NCBI GenBank assembly: GCA_035304725.1
Contig: DATGPR010000007.1
Location: 1-47,022, forward strand
From: Arenimonas sp.
GTDB taxonomy: Bacteria > Pseudomonadota > Gammaproteobacteria > Xanthomonadales > Xanthomonadaceae
DNA: 47,022 nucleotides
Reading direction: 5' to 3'
The translations under genes and the position numbers were made by a program. Of the stretch, positions 29,624 to 38,110 are shown piece after piece. The notes under the pieces were generated by a model. The model ran no database searches, was not told the origin of the DNA, and saw only the letters and a list, made by a program, of their open reading frames with translations. Numbering within the stretch: position 1 is the stretch's first letter; each line of letters starts with the position of its first letter.

Positions 29624-30609
29624 GGGCGCGGCTGGAAGCCTGGCTGCTGCGGCGCTGGTACGGCGGCGTGGCGCCCGGCCCGCTGCTGCGCCTGCTGTCG
29701 CGGCTCTACGGCCGGCTTTCCTCCCGCCGCCGCCAGCGTGATGCCGCCGTCGCGGCCTCGCCCGGCGTGCCGGTGCTGGTGGTCGGCAACCTGATCGCCG
29801 GCGGCGCCGGCAAGACACCGCTGACCATCGCCCTGGCCCGCGAACTTGCCCGGCGCGGCTGGTCGCCGGGCATCGTCAGCCGTGGCCATGGCCGCCGGGG
29901 CAAGGCGCCGCTGCGGGTGCAGGCCGGCATGTCGCCGGCCCTGTGCGGTGACGAGCCGCTGCTGATTGCCGAGCGCACCGGCCTGCCGGTCTTCGTCGAT
30001 CGCGACCGCCTGGCCGCGGCCCGCGCCGCCGTCGCCGCCGGCTGCGACCTGGTGATCGCCGACGACGGCCTGCAGCACCTGCGTCTGGCCCGCGACATCG
30101 AGATCGAAGTGATCGATGGCGAGCGCCGCTACGGCAATGGCCTGCTGCTGCCGGCCGGACCGCTGCGCGAGCCGGCCGGGCGGCAGGTGGATTTCCGCGT
30201 CGCCAACGGTGGCACGGCGGGCGCGGGCGAGGTGCCCATGCGCCTGCAAGCGGGCGCTGCCCGTGCCCTGGACGGCAGCGGCGAGCGCCCGCTGTCGGCC
30301 TTCGCCGGCCAGCGCGTGCATGCCGTCGCCGGCATCGGCCATCCGCAACGCTTCTTCGCCGCCTTGCGCGGCGCCGGCCTGGACCCGCTTGAACATCCCT
30401 TTCCGGACCACCACGTCTTCCGTCCGGTAGAACTGCGTTTCGATCCGCCGCTGCCGCTGCTGATGACCGAGAAGGACGCGGTCAAATGCCGCGGCCTGGG
30501 CCTGACCGATGCCTGGGCGGTGCCGGTCGAGGCCGTCCTGCCCGATTCCTTCCACGATGCCGTGGCGGCCCGCCTGGCCGCACTGGATACCCGACATGTC
30601 CGCTCTTGA
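29620..30609 (+). CDS. lpxK: Tetraacyldisaccharide 4'-kinase
   Basis: [39 protein letters not shown]; GTGA overlap. Confidence 0.96.
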   Translation: MRARLEAWLLRRWYGGVAPGPLLRLLSRLYGRLSSRRRQRDAAVAASPGVPVLVVGNLIAGGAGKTPLTIALARELARRGWSPGIVSRGHGRRGKAPLRVQAGMSPALCGDEPLLIAERTGLPVFVDRDRLAAARAAVAAGCDLVIADDGLQHLRLARDIEIEVIDGERRYGNGLLLPAGPLREPAGRQVDFRVANGGTAGAGEVPMRLQAGAARALDGSGERPLSAFAGQRVHAVAGIGHPQRFFAALRGAGLDPLEHPFPDHHVFRPVELRFDPPLPLLMTEKDAVKCRGLGLTDAWAVPVEAVLPDSFHDAVAARLAALDTRHVRS

Positions 30610-31366
30610 TTTCATCGTCGCCATTCCCGCCCGCTACGGCGCCAGCCGTCTGCCCGGCAAGCCGCTGCGCCCGGTCGGTGGCCAGCCGCTGGTGCTGCGC
30701 GTGGCCGAGCGTGCCCTGCAGGCTGGCGCCCGCGAGGTGGTGGTGGCCACCGACGATGCCCGCATCGCCGAGGCCCTGGCCGGGCAGGCGGTGCGCGTCT
30801 GCATGACCAAGGCCGATCACCCGTCCGGCACTGACCGTCTGGCCGAGGTTGCCGACCAGCTGGGCTGGAGCGGGGACACGGTGGTGGTGAACCTGCAGGG
30901 CGACGAACCCTTCGCCCCGCCCGAGGGCATCCGCGCCGTGGCCGAGCTGCTGGTGAGTTCCGGTGCCGACATGGCCACCCTGGCCACGCCGGTCACCGAC
31001 AGCGAAACCCTGTTCGACCCGAACACGGTGAAGCTGGTGCGCGACGCGGCCGGCATGGCCCTGTACTTCAGCCGGGCGCCGATTCCCTGGCAGCGTGACC
31101 GCTTCGCCCGCGACCGCCTGTCGCCGCCGGGGCCGGAGACGCTGCGCCATATCGGCATCTATGCCTACCGCGCCGGCTTCCTGCGCCGCTTCGCGGCGAT
31201 GCCGCCGGGTCGGCTGGAGCAGATGGAGGCGCTGGAGCAGCTGCGCGTGCTGGAAGCCGGCCACCGCATCGCCGTGGCCCTGACGCCGGTGCCGTTCCCG
31301 CCCGGCGTCGATACCGAGGAAGACCTGGCCAGGGCCAATGCCTTCATCTCGAATCAAGATCAATAA
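30596..31366 (+). CDS. kdsB: 3-deoxy-manno-octulosonate cytidylyltransferase
   Basis: [45 protein letters not shown]. Confidence 0.96.
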   Translation: MSALDFIVAIPARYGASRLPGKPLRPVGGQPLVLRVAERALQAGAREVVVATDDARIAEALAGQAVRVCMTKADHPSGTDRLAEVADQLGWSGDTVVVNLQGDEPFAPPEGIRAVAELLVSSGADMATLATPVTDSETLFDPNTVKLVRDAAGMALYFSRAPIPWQRDRFARDRLSPPGPETLRHIGIYAYRAGFLRRFAAMPPGRLEQMEALEQLRVLEAGHRIAVALTPVPFPPGVDTEEDLARANAFISNQDQ

Positions 31367-31380
31367 CAACCTGTAACGCC

Positions 31381-31842
31381 TTGAAAATACTGTTTGTTTG
31401 CATGGGAAACATCTGCCGCTCGCCGCTGCTGGAAGGCTGGGCGCGGCATGTGCTGGGCGACACCGGCCTGGTGCGGCTGGTGGATTCGGCCGGCACCGGC
31501 GGCTGGCACGCCGGCCAGCCGCCCGACCCGCGGGCGATCGCGGTGGCGGCCCGGCATGGCCTGGACATTTCCGGCCTGCGCGCCCGCCAGGTGCGGACCG
31601 AGGACTTCAACAGCATGGACCTGATCCTCTGCGCCGACCGCGACAACCAGCGCCACCTGCTGCAGCGGGCGCCACGGGACGCGCACGAACGCATCGCCCT
31701 GGCGCTGGACTGGGCCGGCGTGAAGGCCGGAGGCGAGGTGCCGGATCCGTATTACGGAAACACGGCCGACTTCGAACGGGTCAACGCCCTGTGCCGCGAG
31801 GTGGCCGAGGGCCTGCTGCAGCGGCTGCGCGGGCAGGCATAA
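31381..31842 (+). CDS. Low-molecular-weight protein-tyrosine phosphatase (TTG start)
   Basis: P-loop VCMGNICRS, DSAGT, DPYY. Confidence 0.93.
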   Translation: MKILFVCMGNICRSPLLEGWARHVLGDTGLVRLVDSAGTGGWHAGQPPDPRAIAVAARHGLDISGLRARQVRTEDFNSMDLILCADRDNQRHLLQRAPRDAHERIALALDWAGVKAGGEVPDPYYGNTADFERVNALCREVAEGLLQRLRGQA

Positions 31843-31867
31843 TCCCGGAACGCCCACGGAGCAGCGC

Positions 31868-33283
31868 ATGTCGACGGTCCTCGCCCCCGAACTGCCGAAC
31901 ACCCTGCACTGGCTGAATGCCGACCCGCAGCCGCTGCCGGCCTATCGTGGCCGCATCCTGGCCCTGCTGTTCTGGAATTCCGGTTCGGCCTACTGCCAGA
32001 ACATGGCCGACGAGCTGCATCGCCTGCAGGCGCGCTTCCCGACCGCGCTGTCGCTGATGGGCATCCACCTGCCCAAGTTCGACGCCGAGCTCGACAGCCG
32101 GCTGGTGCTCAAGGCCGCCAACCGCATGGGCCTGAGCTTCCCGGTGGCCAACGACCCGGGCTGGGTGGCCTGGCAGCACTACGGCATCCGCGCCTGGCCC
32201 TCGGTAGCCCTGGTGGACCCGAAGGGCCGGCTGCGCCAGGTGCTGGCCGGCGACGACCAGGCTGCCGCGCTGGAAACGGCGGTGGCGCAGCTGGTGGAAG
32301 AATCCGACGGCGCCCTGGAGCCGCCGCGGCAGCCGCGCCGCCTCGGCGCCGAGCCGCGCCTGCCGCTGTCCTTCCCGGCCGGCCTGGCGGTGGGCGAGAA
32401 CCATCTCTACGTGGCCGACACCGGCCACCACCGGGTGCTGGAGTGCACCCACGCCGGCCGCGTGCTGCGCGAGTTCGGCACCGGCCATGGCGACTACCTG
32501 GACGGGTCGATGGAGGAAGCGGCCTTCCGCCAGCCGCGTGGCCTCTGCCTGGTGCGCGAATCGCTGTATGTGGCCGACGCCGGCAACCACTGCATCCGCC
32601 GCATCCGCCTGCTGGACGGCGCGGTGGAAACGGTGCTCGGCCAGGGCCGCCCCGGCGAGCCGCGCGAGGGCAAGGGGCAGGGCGCCGACTTCGCCCTCAA
32701 CCAGCCCTGGGACCTGACCGGCAACATCGAGCGCCTGTACATCGCCATGGCCGGCAGCAACCAGATCTGGGAATACGACCTGAGCCAGTCGCGGCTGCGC
32801 TGCCTGGCCGGCAGCGGCGAGCTCGGCATCGCCGACGGCCCGGCCCGCAGCGCCATGTTCGCCCACCCGGCGGCGCTGGTGCAGGTGCAGCAGATGCTCT
32901 ACGTCGTCGACTCCGCCACCTCGGCGGTACGCGCCATCCAGATCGCCCAGGGCCAGGTGCAGACCCTGGTCGGGCAGGGCCTGTACGATTTCGGCGAGCA
33001 GGACGGCCAGCGCCGCGAGGCACGCATGCAGCTGCCGCTGGGCCTGGCCATGGATCCGGGTTCGCCGGTGCTGTGGGTGGCCGATGCCTACAACGGCCTG
33101 CTGCGCCGCCTGCGCCTGGGCGGTGGCGACATGAGCCGGCACGAACTTCCGCATCCGCTGGAGCAGCCCTCGGCTCTGGCCGCCGGCGCCGGCGCGCTGT
33201 GGATCGCCAACACCGGCGCACACGAGGTGCTGCGCTACGACCTGGGCACCGGCAAGCTCTCCCGGCTGCCGATAGGCGAATGA
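31868..33283 (+). CDS. Thioredoxin-like domain plus NHL-repeat beta-propeller protein (NHLRC2/SOQ1-like architecture)
   Basis: WLN..P, FWNSGSAYC, GIHLPKF, AWPSVALVDPKG; repeated YVADTGHHR/YVADAGNHC/WVADAYN NHL blades. Confidence 0.85.
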   Translation: MSTVLAPELPNTLHWLNADPQPLPAYRGRILALLFWNSGSAYCQNMADELHRLQARFPTALSLMGIHLPKFDAELDSRLVLKAANRMGLSFPVANDPGWVAWQHYGIRAWPSVALVDPKGRLRQVLAGDDQAAALETAVAQLVEESDGALEPPRQPRRLGAEPRLPLSFPAGLAVGENHLYVADTGHHRVLECTHAGRVLREFGTGHGDYLDGSMEEAAFRQPRGLCLVRESLYVADAGNHCIRRIRLLDGAVETVLGQGRPGEPREGKGQGADFALNQPWDLTGNIERLYIAMAGSNQIWEYDLSQSRLRCLAGSGELGIADGPARSAMFAHPAALVQVQQMLYVVDSATSAVRAIQIAQGQVQTLVGQGLYDFGEQDGQRREARMQLPLGLAMDPGSPVLWVADAYNGLLRRLRLGGGDMSRHELPHPLEQPSALAAGAGALWIANTGAHEVLRYDLGTGKLSRLPIGE

Positions 33284-35148
33284 GCAGGGAAGGGACGACA
33301 CCAGCTCCCGGTTTCGACGGCAAGGCCTTCGTCCGCGACCTGACCCTGGCGCCGGGCGTGTACCGCATGCTGGCCGCCGACGGCAGCGTGCTCTACGTCG
33401 GCAAGGCCGCCTCGCTGCGCAAGCGGGTGGCCAGCTATTTCCTCAAGGAACAGCCCTCGCGGCGCATCGCCCTGATGGTGTCGCAGATCGCCGGCATCGA
33501 AGTGACGGTGACGCGCACCGAGAGCGAGGCGCTGATCCTGGAGAACCAGCTGATCAAGGCGCTGCGGCCGCGCTACAACGTGCTGCTGCGCGACGACAAG
33601 AGCTATCCGCACATCCTGCTGACCGAGGAAACCTGGCCGCGGCTGGCCTTCCACCGCGGTCCGCGGGCGGTACCCGGGCGCTACTACGGCCCGTACCCGA
33701 GCTCGGGCGCGGTGCGCGAGACCCTGGACCTGATGGCCAAGATCTTCCGCCTGCGCACCTGCGAGGACAGCGTCTTCCGCAACCGCAGCCGGCCCTGCCT
33801 GCAGCATCAGATCGGCCGCTGCAGCGCGCCCTGCGTCGGCCTGGTGTCCGCCCGCGACTACGACGCCGACGTGCGCCGGGCCGCCCTGTTCCTGGAAGGC
33901 CGCAGCAACGAACTGGTGGACGAGCTGACCCGGGCGATGGACGGGGCCTCCTCGCGCCTGGAGTTCGAAGAGGCGGCGCGGCTGCGCGACCAGATCGCGG
34001 CGATCCGGCGCGTGCAGGCCCGCCAGTACGTCGAGGGCGAACAGCTGGACATGGACGTGCTGGCCTGCGAACTGGAGCAGGGCAGCGCCTGCGTGCTGCT
34101 GCTGGCCTTCCGCAACGGCTTCAACCAGGGCACGCGCAGCTTCTTCCCGCGCACCAATGGCGAGGAATCGCCGGCGGAGGTGCTGGGTGCCTTCGTGGCC
34201 CAGCACTACCTCGAGCAGCGGCCGCCGCGGGAGATCGTGCTCAGCCACGACATTCCCGACCGGGCCCTGCTGCAGGAAGTGCTGAGCAGCCAGGCCGGGC
34301 GCAAGGTCGAGATCAAGACCTCGGTGCGCGCCGAGCGCGCCCGTTTCCTCGACCTGGCGCGGCAGAACGCCCGCATGGCCCTGAACACCGAGCTGGCCTC
34401 CAGCGCCACCCAGCGCGCCCGCCTGGCCTCGCTGCAGGAGCTGCTGGGCCTGGCCGAGCCACCGGCGCGCATCGAGTGCTTCGACATCAGCCACACCATG
34501 GGCGAGGCCACGGTGGCCTCCTGCGTGGTCTTCGACGCCGACGGGCCGATGCGCGGCCAGTACCGCCGCTACAACATCACCGGCATCACCCCGGGCGACG
34601 ACTACGCCGCCATGCACCAGGCCCTGCACCGGCGCTTCCGCCGCGGCATGGAGGAGGGCGTGCTGCCGGACCTGCTGCTGATCGACGGCGGCGCCGGCCA
34701 GCTGGCCCAGGCGCAGGCAGTGCTGGACGACCTGGGCGTGACCGGGGTGAACATGGTCGGCGTCGCCAAGGGCGAGGAGCGCCGCGCCGGCCACGAGGCC
34801 CTGGTCCTGCCGGGCGGCCGGGAGCTGCGGCCGGGAGCCGCCTCGCCCGGCCTGCAGCTGATCCAGCAGGTGCGCGACGAAGCACACCGCTTCGCCATCA
34901 CCGGCCACCGCGGCAAGCGGCAGAAGGCGCGCGAGACCAGCCGGCTGGAGGACATCCCGGGCATCGGCCCGCGCCGGCGGGCGGCCCTGCTCAAGCACTT
35001 CGGCGGCCTGGCCGGGTTGCGCGGCGCCGGCATCGAGGAAATCGCCCGGGTCGAGGGCGTGAACCGGGCCCTGGCCGAGCGCATCTACCACGCCCTGCAT
35101 GGACTTGAGCCACAATCAGGCAACGCCTCCCCAGACGACACGCCGTGA
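33280..35148 (+). CDS. uvrC: Excinuclease ABC subunit C
   Basis: PGVYRM..LYVGKA GIY-YIG, FEEAARLRD, IECFDISH, IDGG, RDEAHRFA, HhH; ATGA overlap. Confidence 0.97.
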   Translation: MSREGTTPAPGFDGKAFVRDLTLAPGVYRMLAADGSVLYVGKAASLRKRVASYFLKEQPSRRIALMVSQIAGIEVTVTRTESEALILENQLIKALRPRYNVLLRDDKSYPHILLTEETWPRLAFHRGPRAVPGRYYGPYPSSGAVRETLDLMAKIFRLRTCEDSVFRNRSRPCLQHQIGRCSAPCVGLVSARDYDADVRRAALFLEGRSNELVDELTRAMDGASSRLEFEEAARLRDQIAAIRRVQARQYVEGEQLDMDVLACELEQGSACVLLLAFRNGFNQGTRSFFPRTNGEESPAEVLGAFVAQHYLEQRPPREIVLSHDIPDRALLQEVLSSQAGRKVEIKTSVRAERARFLDLARQNARMALNTELASSATQRARLASLQELLGLAEPPARIECFDISHTMGEATVASCVVFDADGPMRGQYRRYNITGITPGDDYAAMHQALHRRFRRGMEEGVLPDLLLIDGGAGQLAQAQAVLDDLGVTGVNMVGVAKGEERRAGHEALVLPGGRELRPGAASPGLQLIQQVRDEAHRFAITGHRGKRQKARETSRLEDIPGIGPRRRAALLKHFGGLAGLRGAGIEEIARVEGVNRALAERIYHALHGLEPQSGNASPDDTP

Positions 35149-35705
35149 CCCTGACCATTCCGACCCTGCTCACCCTGTTCCGGATCCTGCTGATCCCGGT
35201 TCTGGTCGTGGTGTTCTACCTGCCCTACGGCTGGACCAACTTCGCGACGGCGGCGATCTTCGTGCTGGGCGCCAGCACCGACTGGCTGGATGGCTGGATC
35301 GCCCGCCGCTACAGCATGTACTCCGCCTTCGGCGCCTTCCTGGATCCGGTGGCCGACAAGCTCACCGTGGCCTTCGCTCTGCTGCTGGTGGTGGAGCGGC
35401 ACGACACCGCCTGGATGGCCCTGCTGAGCGCCATCATCATCGGCCGCGAGATCACCATCAGCGCCCTGCGCGAATGGATGGCCCAGGTCGGCGCGCACGG
35501 CCTGGTGAAGGTGGCGACGCTGGGCAAGATCAAGACCATCGTGCAGATGGTGGCGATCACCTGCCTGCTTTACGAAGTGGACCTGCTGGGCCTGCCCATC
35601 TTCCTGATCGGCGAATGGCTGCTGGCGGTGGCCGCGGCGCTGACCCTGTGGTCGGGCTGGGACTACCTGCGCGCCGCCTGGCCGGCCATGCAGCAGAAGG
35701 GTTGA
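35145..35705 (+). CDS. pgsA: CDP-diacylglycerol--glycerol-3-phosphate 3-phosphatidyltransferase
   Basis: TDWLDGWIARR...FGAFLDPVADK; uvrC-pgsA-tRNA synteny. Confidence 0.96.
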   Translation: MTLTIPTLLTLFRILLIPVLVVVFYLPYGWTNFATAAIFVLGASTDWLDGWIARRYSMYSAFGAFLDPVADKLTVAFALLLVVERHDTAWMALLSAIIIGREITISALREWMAQVGAHGLVKVATLGKIKTIVQMVAITCLLYEVDLLGLPIFLIGEWLLAVAAALTLWSGWDYLRAAWPAMQQKG

Positions 35706-35740
35706 GGGCAGGGCGGGGGAAAGATTCGTGCCAGAGGGTA

Positions 35741-35769
35741 TTGACACCCACCGGCCGCTTGCCCAAAAT
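35741..35769 (+). promoter_or_regulatory. Sigma70 promoter of tRNA-Gly
   Basis: TTGACA-N17-CAAAAT followed by GC-rich discriminator GCGCG. Confidence 0.85.
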
Positions 35770-35782
35770 GCGCGTCTCTTCC

Positions 35783-35858
<76 letters not shown>

Positions 35859-35865
35859 GTTTCCG

Positions 35866-35896
35866 ACAAGACCCCGTTCGCGGGGTCTTGTTCTTT
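35866..35896 (+). terminator. Rho-independent terminator after tRNA-Gly
   Basis: ACAAGACCCCG-TTCG-CGGGGTCTTGT then TCTTT. Confidence 0.85.
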
Positions 35897-35938
35897 CCGG
35901 GCCTGGCTGGCGTAAGCTAGCTTCCGGTTTCGCCTCCC

Positions 35939-36012
35939 GGCCGGGTGGCAGAGTGGTTATGCAGCGGACTGCAAATCCGCGTACGCCGGTTCAATTCCGA
36001 CCCCGGCCTCCA
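35939..36012 (+). tRNA. tRNA-Cys (GCA)
   Basis: 74-nt cloverleaf GGCCGGG...CCCGGCCTCCA, anticodon loop CTGCAAA; TAAGCT candidate -10 at 35913. Confidence 0.97.
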
Positions 36013-36019
36013 GCTTGCG

Positions 36020-36052
36020 AAGGGCCCCGCTCATGCGGGGCCCTTCCTTTTT
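36020..36052 (+). terminator. Rho-independent terminator after tRNA-Cys
   Basis: AAGGGCCCCGC-TCAT-GCGGGGCCCTT then CCTTTTT. Confidence 0.85.
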
Positions 36053-36195
36053 GCGCACCCCGGCTTCCTTCCGTTCCGCCGGCGCCTCCGGCATGACTTC
36101 GCCGCGGCGCGCGGCCCGCTTGCGCAGTCCTTGCCGTCGGCCGGAGGGTGCCGTTGTGGCCGCCGGCCGCATTGCGGCAACATGCCGCAATCCCC

Positions 36196-36282
36196 GCCCG
36201 GGTGGCGAAACTGGTAAACGCAGGGGACTTAAAATCCCCCGGCCGCAAGGCCATGTGGGTTCGACCCCCACCCCGGGCACCA
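36196..36282 (+). tRNA. tRNA-Leu (TAA)
   Basis: 87 nt with long variable arm, anticodon loop CTTAAAA, encoded CCA. Confidence 0.97.
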
Positions 36283-36295
36283 GACAGGAGAGCCC

Positions 36296-37924
36296 ATGCT
36301 GCCCTCGCGCTACTGGCCGTTCGTCGCCTGCCTGCTGTTGACGGTGGCCTTCGGCGCCGCCCTTGCCTGGACGCCGGTGGCCGGCTGGGGCCTGGCGATC
36401 TTCGGTGGCCTGAGCGTGGTCGGCATCATCGACCTGCTCCAGCGCAAGCAGGCCCTGCGGCGCAACTATCCGGTCTCGGCGCATTTCCGCTACGGCCTGG
36501 AATCGATCGGCCCGGAGATCCGCCAGTACTTCATCGAGGGTGATACCGACGAGCGGCCGTTCTCGCGGCAGCAGCGCGCCATCGTCTACCAGCGCGCCAA
36601 GGACGTGCTGGACAAGCGGCCCTTCGGCACCCAGCACGACGTCTACGGCGAGAACTACGAGTGGATCAACCACTCGCTGCGGCCGGTGAAGATCGAGTCG
36701 GCCGACTTCCGCGTGCTGGTGGGCGAGGACCGGGCGCAGCCGTACTCGGCCAGCGTCTTCAACATCTCGGCCATGAGCTTCGGCTCGCTCTCGGCCAATG
36801 CCATCCGCGCCCTCAATGCCGGCGCCAGGCGCGGCGGTTTCTACCACGATACCGGCGAGGGTTCGATCTCCGTCTACCACCGCGAGAACGGCGGCGACCT
36901 GGTCTGGGAGATCGGCTCGGGCTACTTCGGCTGCCGCGACGAGGAAGGCCGTTTCGATCCCGAGCGTTTCAAGCGCAATGCCCTGGACCCGCAGGTCAAG
37001 ATGATCGAGCTCAAGCTCAGTCAGGGCGCGAAGCCGGGGCAGGGCGGCATCCTGCCGGGCGCCAAGGTGACCCCGGAGATCGCCGATGCCCGCGGCGTGC
37101 CGGTCGGCGTGGACTGCGTCTCGCCGGCGGCGCACAGCGCCTTCGACACGCCGATCGGGCTGCTGGAGTTCATCCAGCAGCTGCGCGACCTCTCCGGCGG
37201 CAAGCCGACCGGCTTCAAGCTGGCCATCGGCCATCCCTGGGAGTGGTTCTCGATCGCCAAGGCCATGCGCGAGACCGGCATCCTGCCGGACTTCATCGTC
37301 GTCGATGGCGCCGAGGGCGGCACCGGCGCGGCGCCGCTGGAATTCACCAACCACGTCGGCGCGCCCATGCGCGAGGCGCTGATGCTGGTGCACAACACCC
37401 TGGTCGGCCTGGACCTGCGCAGCCGGGTCAAGGTGGCGGCGGCCGGCAAGATCGTCACCGCCTTCGACATCGCCCGCGCCATGGCCCTGGGCGCCGACTG
37501 GTGCAATGCCGCCCGCGGCTTCATGTTCGCCCTGGGCTGCATCCAGTCGCAGAGCTGCCACACCGGCCATTGCCCGACCGGCGTGGCCACCCAGGACCGG
37601 CACCGCCAGGCCGCCCTGGATCCGACCGACAAGTCGGTGCGCGTCTACAACTTCCACCGCAATACCGTCGAGGCGCTGAAGGAGCTGCTGGCGGCCGCCG
37701 GCCTGGAGCACCCCCGCCAGCTGGGGCCGGAGCACATCATCCGCCGGGTGTCCTCGACCGAGGTGCGCTCGCTGGCCAAGCTGCACCGCTTCGTGCCGCA
37801 GGGGCAGCTGCTGGAAACGGTTCCCGAGCACCCGGTCTTCCAGGTGTTCTGGGAAAGCGCCCGCCCGGACCGCTTCGCGCCGCCGCCGGAGGCCGCGGCC
37901 ATGCTGGTTACCAAGCTGCGCTGA
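36296..37924 (+). CDS. FMN-binding glutamate synthase family protein with N-terminal membrane anchor
   Basis: ISAMSFGSLS, TGEG, ELKLSQGAKPGQGG, DGAEGGTGAAP, CIQSQSCHTGHCPTG; no amidotransferase domain. Confidence 0.92.
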   Translation: MLPSRYWPFVACLLLTVAFGAALAWTPVAGWGLAIFGGLSVVGIIDLLQRKQALRRNYPVSAHFRYGLESIGPEIRQYFIEGDTDERPFSRQQRAIVYQRAKDVLDKRPFGTQHDVYGENYEWINHSLRPVKIESADFRVLVGEDRAQPYSASVFNISAMSFGSLSANAIRALNAGARRGGFYHDTGEGSISVYHRENGGDLVWEIGSGYFGCRDEEGRFDPERFKRNALDPQVKMIELKLSQGAKPGQGGILPGAKVTPEIADARGVPVGVDCVSPAAHSAFDTPIGLLEFIQQLRDLSGGKPTGFKLAIGHPWEWFSIAKAMRETGILPDFIVVDGAEGGTGAAPLEFTNHVGAPMREALMLVHNTLVGLDLRSRVKVAAAGKIVTAFDIARAMALGADWCNAARGFMFALGCIQSQSCHTGHCPTGVATQDRHRQAALDPTDKSVRVYNFHRNTVEALKELLAAAGLEHPRQLGPEHIIRRVSSTEVRSLAKLHRFVPQGQLLETVPEHPVFQVFWESARPDRFAPPPEAAAMLVTKLR

Positions 37925-37945
37925 ACCGCGGGCCGGCCCGCCGGC

Positions 37946-37974
37946 TTGACCGTTTTTGGGCCCCCGCGTAAGAT
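37946..37974 (+). promoter_or_regulatory. Sigma70 promoter of tRNA-Val
   Basis: TTGACC-N17-TAAGAT followed by GCGCGG discriminator. Confidence 0.85.
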
Positions 37975-37986
37975 GCGCGGCCTCTT

Positions 37987-38061
37987 GGGCGGTTAGCTCA
38001 GCGGTAGAGCACTGCTTTCACACGGCAGGGGTCACAGGTTCAAATCCTGTACCGCCCACCA
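37987..38061 (+). tRNA. tRNA-Val (CAC)
   Basis: 75-nt cloverleaf GGGCGGT...ACCGCCCACCA, anticodon loop TTCACAC. Confidence 0.97.
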
Positions 38062-38079
38062 AGGTTCACCCAGGATGCC

Positions 38080-38110
38080 GAAGGCCCGCCCAGTGCGGGC
38101 TTTTTCGTTT
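38080..38110 (+). terminator. Terminator between tRNA-Val and the convergent ATPase gene
   Basis: GAAGGCCCGC-CCAGT-GCGGGCTTTT then TCGTTT. Confidence 0.82.

Noticed and set aside
27727-35148. Apparent long N-terminal extensions on LpxK (960 aa) and UvrC (901 aa); likewise YliI, SdhD, ExbD and the 40587-42302 ORF
   Set aside because: The extensions are Arg/Pro/Gly-rich off-frame read-through of neighbouring genes; real starts are marked by ATGA/GTGA overlaps or SD sites
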